Of a stretch of DNA of 64,000 bases, positions 57,274 through 64,000 are shown in pieces (the first letter of the stretch is position 1; every line of letters begins with the position of its first letter). The DNA comes from Polyangiaceae bacterium (GTDB taxonomy: Bacteria; Myxococcota_A; Polyangia; Polyangiales; Polyangiaceae). Where the stretch lies: the NCBI GenBank assembly GCA_016933275.1, contig JAFGBI010000098.1:2665-66664 (forward strand), in the 5' to 3' direction. Below the pieces are notes generated by a model. It saw only the letters and a list, made by a program, of their open reading frames with translations. It ran no database searches and was not told the DNA's origin. Both the position numbers and the translations under genes were made by a program.

Positions 57274-58101
57274 TCAACCTCCGCTCTGCCAGACCAGGCT
57301 CAGGGTCGAATCGTCCTCACTCGAGAACTCGAAGACGAGGTCACAGCCGGCGGTTGCTTCCGAGACCGCCACCGTGGTCCAGGCTGCCGCGAAGGTGCCG
57401 TCGCCAGTCTGGCCTTGGCAATCCTCCCACACCAGATCGACCGGATAGCTCCCCGTCTCGCGGGTTCCGAGGTTCAGGCTCTGAGTGTCCCACCAGGTGG
57501 GGTATTCCGAGATCCGCGCACAACCGTTGGAAGAGACTTGCACACCCGTCGCGGAGTTGAACGGTCCAAGATCGGTGATCGTCTTTCCCTCGCAGAGCTC
57601 GCCGGTTCCACCCCCACCCGTGCCGCCGGTCTCGGTGCCGCCGGTCTCGGTGCCGCCGGTCTCGGTGCCGCCGGTCTCGGTGCCGCCGGTCTCGGTGCCG
57701 CCGGTCTCGGTGCCGCCGGTTGGGCGTCCCCCCGTCGCCTGTCCGCCGCTCGAGGAACCTCCGCTGTCGTCGCCACCCGTGCCGCCAGTTCGGCGGCCAC
57801 CGGTGGGGGTACCGCCAGTCGGGGAGCCGCTCGTGCCGCCGGTCTGCGAACCGCCAGTGCTGGCCCCACCCGTCGCCGAGCCACCCGTCGAGGCACCGCC
57901 GGTTTCTGCTCCACCCGTGGCGAGGCCGCCTGTGTTCGCACCTCCGGTGGCTGTTCCTCCCATCGTGCTTCCCCCGGTTGGGGCGCCGCCCGTCGAGGCG
58001 CCCCCGTCTCCGACGAGGTCGAACGGGTCCATCGCGGTCTTGCCTTGTGCGCAGCCCAACGCCAACGTTCCCACCACCACAAGGCTCCGCGTCGCTTTCA
58101 T
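57274..58101 (-). CDS. lipoprotein with (x-TGG)n linker and C-terminal beta-rich, carbohydrate-binding-like domain
   Basis: MKATRSLVVVGTLALGC lipobox, (TETGG)x6, C-terminal CEGKTITDLGPFNSATGVQVSSNGCARISEYPTWW...CDLVFEF. Confidence 0.75.
   Translation of the reverse strand: MKATRSLVVVGTLALGCAQGKTAMDPFDLVGDGGASTGGAPTGGSTMGGTATGGANTGGLATGGAETGGASTGGSATGGASTGGSQTGGTSGSPTGGTPTGGRRTGGTGGDDSGGSSSGGQATGGRPTGGTETGGTETGGTETGGTETGGTETGGTETGGTGGGGTGELCEGKTITDLGPFNSATGVQVSSNGCARISEYPTWWDTQSLNLGTRETGSYPVDLVWEDCQGQTGDGTFAAAWTTVAVSEATAGCDLVFEFSSEDDSTLSLVWQSGG
57621..57720. repeat. 15-bp perfect tandem repeat x6.6 (TGCCGCCGGTCTCGG) encoding TETGG units
   Basis: Read directly at 57621-57720 inside CDS 57274..58101. 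Confidence 0.9.
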
Positions 58102-58378
58102 CTTCGTCTTCCTGGTGTCACGTGGGGGCGGCGTCCATTTCCAGGATGCGTCGAACGCCAATCCCGGGCAAGCGTCGTTCGACGGTGACAGGGCTGGAGC
58201 CATCGATGGACTGTCCCGGTACGAACGCGCGATCCGCGAGCCTCGATATCGCGCTCGCCGGCGCCCCACAGTTCCCTACCCGCACGCCTCGCGAGTTGGT
58301 TCGAGGATCCGCGTCGGTCGAGGTGTGGGCCTCGCCGAGGCCAGGGGAGGGACGGCGATGAAATGTGCGCGGACCACC

Positions 58379-58550
<172 letters not shown>

Positions 58551-58703
58551 TAACCCGGCAGAGCCGGAATCAAATAGGCCATCGGCGGTCAGCGGTCAGG
58601 CGAGACGCGGAGCAACTCGATGCGGACGGCCGATGGCTGACTGAAGGGAGAACCCCGAGAAACTTCCCGCCAGATTCGGTCAAGATCGCGCCACCGAAGA
58701 GAC
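58551..58703 (+). repeat. repeat module A, copy 3b (diverged, in tandem with 3a)
   Basis: TAACCCGGCAGAGCCGGAATCAAATAGGCCATCGGCGGTCAGCGGTCAGG...CGCCAGATTCGGTCAAGATCGCGCCACCGAAGAGAC. Confidence 0.8.
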
Positions 58704-58735
58704 TGTTGGCGCGATCGGTGGCAAATGCCTCGTGG

Positions 58736-59611
58736 ATGCTCCGTTCGCAGATTCCCGGTCACGCGACGTACCCCTGGCGCCGAACGGTGTCCGACGTGGT
58801 TCCGTTCCTGCTCGTTGGCATCCTCGGGTGTCGTGCGGAAGCGGGCGCACCGGCGCGTCCATCAGCCACCGGCACCGCCTCCCTCTCGGCAGCGCCACCG
58901 ACGCGATCCGCCTGTCCGCGAGAGATGGCCCGGGTTGGGTCCTCCTGCGTCGACCGGTGGGAAGCTCATCTCGTCGAGGTGAGGACGGGCCAAGCGCATT
59001 CACCCTACGAACAGATCCGGCCCGGGGTGGCTTATGTCGCGTGGTCAGCCGCTGGCGGTGTCCCGCAGGCCTACATCAGCCGTCATGACGCGGCTGCTGC
59101 CTGTGCGCAGGCCGGCAAGCGGCTCTGTCGTGCCTCGGAGTGGTATGCGGCGTGCCGGGGCAGCCGGCACACCAGGTACCCGTACGGCGACAGAGAGATC
59201 GAGGGGCGCTGCAACGTGGGCAAACCGCACCTCATGCAGAAGGTCTTCGGATCAAACATCACCTACACCTTCGAGGCCCACTTCAACAGTCCGCGCCTGA
59301 ACCAAGAGCCAGGGTTCCTCGCCAAGGCGGGCGAGTACGCGGGCTGCGTCAACGACTTTGGGCTCTACGACATGGTCGGGAACCTTCACGAGTGGGTCGC
59401 TGATGACGTCGGCCCCCGTCTGAAGCAGACGATCCCGATCGAATACGGGGACCACCTGCTAGGGCCGCGCGGCAACGGCGTGTTCATGGGTGGGTACCTG
59501 AGCTCGCAGCACGAGCACGGGCACGGCTGTGGCTACGTGACCACGGCGCACGACCCCGGCTACCACGACTACTCGATCGGGTTTCGCTGCTGCAAGGACG
59601 GAGCGTCGTGA
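58736..59611 (+). CDS. lipoprotein with FGE/SUMF1-type domain
   Basis: VVPFLLVGILGC lipobox. CVDRWEA...RHDAAAACAQAGKRLCRASEWYAAC...YDMVGNLHEWV...IGFRCCKD. ATG 58736 (TTG 58706 also possible). Confidence 0.8.
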   Translation: MLRSQIPGHATYPWRRTVSDVVPFLLVGILGCRAEAGAPARPSATGTASLSAAPPTRSACPREMARVGSSCVDRWEAHLVEVRTGQAHSPYEQIRPGVAYVAWSAAGGVPQAYISRHDAAAACAQAGKRLCRASEWYAACRGSRHTRYPYGDREIEGRCNVGKPHLMQKVFGSNITYTFEAHFNSPRLNQEPGFLAKAGEYAGCVNDFGLYDMVGNLHEWVADDVGPRLKQTIPIEYGDHLLGPRGNGVFMGGYLSSQHEHGHGCGYVTTAHDPGYHDYSIGFRCCKDGAS

Positions 59612-59656
59612 AGCCCCGCGGCGCCGGCAGTCCGGTGTCCCCGCCGGATTCGGGGC

Positions 59657-59703
59657 CCAGAGCAGCAATCGGGTTGATCGCCGCGTCGAATCAACAACCT
59701 GAG
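59657..59703 (+). repeat. repeat module C, copy 3 (diverged)
   Basis: CCAGAGCAGCAATCGGGTTGATCGCCGCGTCGAATCAACAACCTGAG. Confidence 0.7.
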
Positions 59704-59855
59704 CCGGCGGAGCCGGAACCAAACACGCCAGGCCCTCGGCGGTCAGCGGTCAGGCAGAACGTGGAGACCCTGATCGCTGACGCCTGATTGCTGATGGCCG
59801 CGAGAAGATCAGAAGATTCCTGCCAGATCTGGTCAAGCTCACATTGCTCGGGGAC
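59699..59855 (+). repeat. repeat module A, copy 4a
   Basis: CTGAGCCGGCGGAGCCGGAACCAAACACGCCAGGCC...GAACGTGGAGACCCTGATCGCTGACGCCTGATTGCTGATGGCC...CTGGTCAAGCTCACATTGCTCGGGGAC. Confidence 0.85.
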
Positions 59856-60023
59856 CAAGCCGGCGGAGCCGGAACCGTAGAGGGCACTTCGCCATCAGCG
59901 GTGAGCTATCAGCTGTCAGGTAGAACTCGGTGCTCCTGATGGCTGACGGCTGATGGCTGACGGCCACGAGAACATTGAGGCGAAATCCTGCCAGATCTGG
60001 TCAAGATCGCACCGCCAAGGGAC
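59856..60023 (+). repeat. repeat module A, copy 4b
   Basis: CAAGCCGGCGGAGCCGGAACC...CATCAGCGGTGAGCTATCAGCTGTCAGGTAGAAC...GATGGCTGACGGCTGATGGCTGACGGCCACGAGAACATTGAGG...GGTCAAGATCGCACCGCCAAGGGAC. Confidence 0.85.
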
Positions 60024-60140
60024 TAGAGCACCAGACCGGCAGCAGGACTCCCCAGAGGCAGCGCCAAAGACGCGTCATCGCCTCGCGCAGACGGGTTCTT
60101 TGCGCTGCCGTTGCTGTCGGCAACCCGATCGGTGCTCTAG
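60023..60140. repeat. repeat module B, copy 3: 118-nt CTAG-bounded palindrome; its right CTAG contains the GH8 stop codon
   Basis: CTAGAGCACCAGACCGGCAGCAGGACTCCCCAGAGGCAGCGCC...GCGCTGCCGTTGCTGTCGGCAACCCGATCGGTGCTCTAG. In inverted orientation relative to copy 1. Confidence 0.85.
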
Positions 60141-61756
60141 CCCCCGCCGCAGGCGGTGAATCCACCGGACAACGCGAGCAGCGAGAGCGCCCGCAACATC
60201 CGGGGGAAGTACTCGCCGTCGTGGGCGCTGCTGACCGCTGGGATCGCCAGGATCTCCGCGGCGAAATCGTCGACCGTCGCCTGGTCGTAGCTCATGGCAC
60301 CGACGGCGAACGGGCCGACGTTGATCACGGTGTGATCGGTCGGGCTCGGGGCCTCGGAGTCGATCGTGCCATCGCGGTGGTACCACTGCCCCGTCTGCGA
60401 GATGGGGATGCCCTTCACCCACGTAGTCACCCGGTCGGTCCAGGATTTCGCCGCGGTGGTTCCATACCAGAGGTAGTCCGTCCCGATTCGCCATGGGGTC
60501 CGCGCCGCGTCATCTCCGTAGGACGCCGCGCGGGTGTACGAACTCGAGCAGGATCCAACCGCGTCGTTGCCGTCGGCCGAGCCCCAGTTTCGCACGAGGC
60601 CCGTGGTCGAGTGGGACGCCCTTCCGAGGAGGGTATAGGCGTCACTGGCAGCGGCGTTCCAGAACGCGGCGTCCGCGGGCACATGCTCGGCGAAGGCACG
60701 ATAGTACGCCGGCGCGAAGTACGAGTAGTTGACGCAGCCCGTCGGCATGCCAGTCATCGTGTCGTCGAACCAGCTCGAATCCCCGGGCTGGAGGATCCGC
60801 AGCCCATCCGCCTCCCAGAACATGTGCTCGCGAATGGCATTGATGATGTTCGTCGCGTTCGACGAGTAGTTCCCGCCGCCCCAGCGGCAGTTCGCCATGA
60901 TCAACGCCATGGCGACGTCGAGATCCGCGTCAGCAGCGGCGCCATCCGGATACTCGCTGTATTTCGTGTCCTTGTGAGCGTCGCAACCGTAGCGCAGCCA
61001 ATCCATGAGGTGGTTGTTGCTGACTCCCGGACCGGACTTGTTCGCCATCTGCCGGCTGTAGGCGTAGAGCCCGTCGAAGACGGTCTGGTCGTTCCACGAC
61101 ACGGCGAGGAGCATCCCGTACCCGATCCCCTCGGACACCGTGGCGTCGAGCTTCGCATTCTCCCACCTTACGCGATGAACACCGCTGCCGCAGTCTTCGA
61201 GGTGGATATCCTTCCAGGCTTCGTATGCGGCGCGGGCATCGTCCACGGTGACCGTGACGGGTGCGTAGCCGTTGCCGTAGGGCGACGGCGGGGCGCCCCC
61301 GGTCTCGTTGCCGCCGGTGGGTGGGGTGCCGCCGCTGCCGCCGGAGCCACCGATCGGTGGGGTGCCGCCGCCGGTGGGTGGGGTGCCGCCGGTGGGTGCC
61401 ACGCCACCGCTGCCGCCGGTGGGCGGTGCGCCACCGGTCGTCCCCCCTGTGCTCCCCGTGGCGCCGCCGATCGGCATCGCGCCGCCCGTGCTCACCACGC
61501 TGCCCGTACCGCCTGCAGGCACGGTCCCGCCCGTGGGCAGCGAACCTCCGCTCGGGTAACTGCCGCCCGTGGCCCCCAACCCACCGGTGGTGCCGCCGCC
61601 CGTGGTGAGACCTCCCGTCGCAGACGTGCCGCTGCTGCCACCCACCCCGCCCGTACCTCCGAACACAAGAAAGGATTCGTGCGGCAGCGGGTTCGACGAG
61701 CTGCAGCCGACCAGCCAAAGGAACGCCAACGAAGGGACGAGGACGCGCTGTGCCAA
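60137..61756 (-). CDS. glycoside hydrolase family 8 (endoglucanase/chitosanase-type) lipoprotein with Gly/Thr linker
   Basis: TVSEGIGYGMLLAV and AADADLDVAMALIMANCRW match GH8 signature regions. TTG start at 61756 with GGAGG 6 nt upstream gives MAQRVLVPSLAFLWLVGC (lipobox). Confidence 0.85.
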   Translation of the reverse strand: MAQRVLVPSLAFLWLVGCSSSNPLPHESFLVFGGTGGVGGSSGTSATGGLTTGGGTTGGLGATGGSYPSGGSLPTGGTVPAGGTGSVVSTGGAMPIGGATGSTGGTTGGAPPTGGSGGVAPTGGTPPTGGGTPPIGGSGGSGGTPPTGGNETGGAPPSPYGNGYAPVTVTVDDARAAYEAWKDIHLEDCGSGVHRVRWENAKLDATVSEGIGYGMLLAVSWNDQTVFDGLYAYSRQMANKSGPGVSNNHLMDWLRYGCDAHKDTKYSEYPDGAAADADLDVAMALIMANCRWGGGNYSSNATNIINAIREHMFWEADGLRILQPGDSSWFDDTMTGMPTGCVNYSYFAPAYYRAFAEHVPADAAFWNAAASDAYTLLGRASHSTTGLVRNWGSADGNDAVGSCSSSYTRAASYGDDAARTPWRIGTDYLWYGTTAAKSWTDRVTTWVKGIPISQTGQWYHRDGTIDSEAPSPTDHTVINVGPFAVGAMSYDQATVDDFAAEILAIPAVSSAHDGEYFPRMLRALSLLALSGGFTACGGG

Positions 61757-62181
61757 AAAAAGCCTCCGGGGGTGAATCGCCGTCCGACCCAACGACCGTA
61801 GTCCGAAGATAGCGGGTGAGGTCGTCGGTTCAAGGAGTAGAAGATTCACGTGCCGGCGGACTCCCCGCTGCATCGGGCCTCCGCTGTCGCACCACCTCCT
61901 CCATTCGGCGCGCCTCCGTCGCCGCTCACCTCGAGCGGAGCGTCATGGGGTCCGCCTCATCGAGCTGCTTGCCCTGAGTCCACGCGAAGGCCCTCGTCGC
62001 GATGGGCACGTTCGGTCGGTTGGCCCCCGCGGGGTGGCCATGGCAAGCACGATCGAGCGGCTGAGTCTAGACCCGACGGATCTGCCACAAAAAGCTGGGG
62101 AACGAGCAGGCTGACCCCGCGGTTGGCGTTCGCCGTTCGCGCGGGTGAAAACCGCCCGATGGCGGTGTAGGCTCCCCAGCG

Positions 62182-63813
62182 ATGACGGGCCAGTGGTCGC
62201 CCAAGCACCCTGAGGCGGGCTCGGCGACGCCAGCCGCTCCGGCGAGCGGGGTGATGTCCATGCCTCGCGTCTGCCCCACGTGCCTTGGGCGCTACCCTGC
62301 GGATTTTCGGGTCTGCCCCCGGGATGCGACCCCCCTTGACGACGCCCCAGAGGATCTCGACCCACTGCTCGGCACCGTGCTCGCGGACGCCTTCCAGATC
62401 ATGCGCCTCATCGGCGAAGGTGGCATGGCGCGGGTCTACGAGGCGCGCCATGTCCGCCTTCCCACCAAGCGGTTTGCGGTGAAGGTGCTCGATCCCGCGC
62501 ACGCGCAGAACGCGGAGATCGTGACGCGGTTCCAGCGCGAGGCGGAGGCCGCGAGCGGAATCGGCCACCCCAACGTGGTCGACGTCTACGACGTGCACCG
62601 CGCCGCGAACGGACAACCCTACCTCATCTGCGAGTTCCTCGACGGTACCGATTTCGCGACCCTCCTCCAGCGACAGGGCAAGATCGAGGTCACCTTGGCG
62701 ATCGCCATCGTGCGCCAGGTTTGCCAGGCCCTCACCGCTGCTCACGCGCGGGGGATCGTTCACCGGGACGTGAAGCCCGAGAACGTCTTCCTGGTCGGTG
62801 ATCCAGCGATGCCGACCGTGAAAGTCATCGACTTCGGCATCTCGAAGATGGACGACGGAACCGGCTCCCACCTCACCCGCACCGGGATGATCATGGGGAC
62901 GCCCGCCTATATGCCCCCCGAGCAGGCGCGTGGCGGGAAGGCCGATCATCGGGCGGACATCTATGGGGTCGGCGCGATCCTCTATCGCGCTCTCACCGGA
63001 AAACTTCCCTTTGACTACGACGACGCGGCGGAGGCCTTGAGCGCCGTGCTGACGCGGGAGCCGCTGCGCCCGCGCAGCATCGAGGCGAGCATTCCCCCGG
63101 CGCTCGAGCTGGTGATCCAGCGGGCGATGTCCAAGGATCCGGCGGAGCGCCACCCGAGCATGGCGGCGCTGGCCGCCGATCTCGAGCCTTTCGCCGGCGA
63201 ATTCGCCGCGGTGCCGCTCGACCCGGCTCCGTTGGACGGGGTTCCCGTCACGGGTCCCGTCAATGTTACGGCCGCGACGATGTTGAGCCCTGGTCCCACT
63301 CGTCCGTCGCCGATGCAACCCACCCTCCCGCGGGTCGGCAGCTCGCTCGTCGAGCGAGCGTCGCGCGAGGTGAGGTGGGCGCGTCCGAAGATCGTGTTCC
63401 TGACGCTCGCGCTCGGGAGCTTCGCGGCGCTGCTCTTGGCCGACGCACTCCTCTCTCTGGTGGTCGGGTTCAAGGCCGAAGGGGTTCCCCTCACCCGGAC
63501 CGAAGGCCTGCTGGTCTTCACCGTCGTGTCGGCGGTCGCGCTCACCCCCCTCGTCTTCTGGATCCGATACCTCGGCCGAGCCGTGTGGGGGAACAGCGTG
63601 CGGGCGGTCTCGGTGGCCACGACCCTTGGCTGGATGACCTCCCTCTCGATCATCGCCTATGGGGTCGGCGCCCTCACGTTCCGCCTGCTCGGAGTCGTCG
63701 GTGTCTGGCCGGCGGCAGCAGCCACGCCGATTGCTGGTGGGGCGCTGCTCCTCGCGAGCCTCGCGGCCGCGCTGCTCACGGTCCTGGTCACCTATCGACG
63801 TCGAAGCCAGTAG
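62182..63813 (+). CDS. Ser/Thr protein kinase with N-terminal zinc-ribbon-like CxxC...C motif and C-terminal polytopic membrane region
   Basis: IGEGGMARVYEA, AVKVL, HRDVKPENVFL, DFGISK, GTPAYMPPE. CPTCLGRYPADFRVCP. Four C-terminal hydrophobic helices. The start may be ATG 62254. Confidence 0.9.
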   Translation: MTGQWSPKHPEAGSATPAAPASGVMSMPRVCPTCLGRYPADFRVCPRDATPLDDAPEDLDPLLGTVLADAFQIMRLIGEGGMARVYEARHVRLPTKRFAVKVLDPAHAQNAEIVTRFQREAEAASGIGHPNVVDVYDVHRAANGQPYLICEFLDGTDFATLLQRQGKIEVTLAIAIVRQVCQALTAAHARGIVHRDVKPENVFLVGDPAMPTVKVIDFGISKMDDGTGSHLTRTGMIMGTPAYMPPEQARGGKADHRADIYGVGAILYRALTGKLPFDYDDAAEALSAVLTREPLRPRSIEASIPPALELVIQRAMSKDPAERHPSMAALAADLEPFAGEFAAVPLDPAPLDGVPVTGPVNVTAATMLSPGPTRPSPMQPTLPRVGSSLVERASREVRWARPKIVFLTLALGSFAALLLADALLSLVVGFKAEGVPLTRTEGLLVFTVVSAVALTPLVFWIRYLGRAVWGNSVRAVSVATTLGWMTSLSIIAYGVGALTFRLLGVVGVWPAAAATPIAGGALLLASLAAALLTVLVTYRRRSQ

Positions 63814-63867
63814 ACGCGACCGGGGGGTGACGTCGGCCAGGAAATGGCGCAGGAATTGGGGCGTGTG

Positions 63868-64000
63868 CTACTCGGCGATGATCGAGCAGAGCGTGAAGTC
63901 GCTCGGGGTGCGGTTCCAGGCTCGGATCCAGCTCGACTTGTTCGAGGAGCTCTTCCGGCGACGCCTCGTTGAGCCGAGGCTCCGCATCCCGAAGGCCATG
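63868..64000 (-). CDS. 3' end of an unidentified minus-strand gene running off the window
   Basis: The frame ending ...WIRAWNRTPSDFTLCSIIAE-TAG has GC3 of about 93% (hand count over 44 codons). Function unknown. Confidence 0.3.
   Translation of the reverse strand, partial: MAFGMRSLGSTRRRRKSSSNKSSWIRAWNRTPSDFTLCSIIAE

Overview
About 70% GC chromosomal DNA. The gene content looks myxobacterial (Polyangiales/Sorangiineae-like): many lipoproteins with Gly-rich linkers and Cys-rich modules, an Rpn/YhgA-type nuclease fragment, a histone-H1-like KKA-repeat protein, an ECF sigma/anti-sigma pair, a Ser/Thr kinase and MoxR/VWA genes. I support about 55 coding regions. No rRNA, tRNA or CRISPR array was seen.

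Blocks, left to right:
- 2-4030: operon with a large, possibly Tc-toxin-A-like protein, a lipoprotein and a membrane-tethered HTH protein.
- 4.4-8.1 kb: SIS-domain gene, a disrupted beta-helix gene and a large lipoprotein.
- 8.18-11.0 kb: a radical SAM/SPASM enzyme with an unusual membrane-anchored C-terminal extension. It lies divergent to very short Cys-containing ORFs missing from the ORF track. This candidate RiPP-type locus is my top pick.
- 11.1-13.6 kb: decayed mobile-element scar.
- 14.0-30.2 kb: minus-strand super-operon of DUF4175-like, C-type lectin, MoxR, ABC, DUF58, BatA and double-VWA genes, interrupted by an opposite-strand H1-like gene.
- 30.2-41.8 kb: TPR protein, hybrid histidine kinase and panB-panC-tmk-LOG.
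- 39.5-61.8 kb: secreted Cys-rich, FGE-domain and GH8 proteins. The intergenic spaces here hold a modular family of structured repeats (three module types, at least 13 copies). Some copies are bounded by CTAG and supply stop codons to neighbouring genes.

All calls come from reading the translations and hand-counting third-position GC (GC3). No database search was run. The ORF track shows GTG/TTG starts as M, and several starts were re-placed internally.
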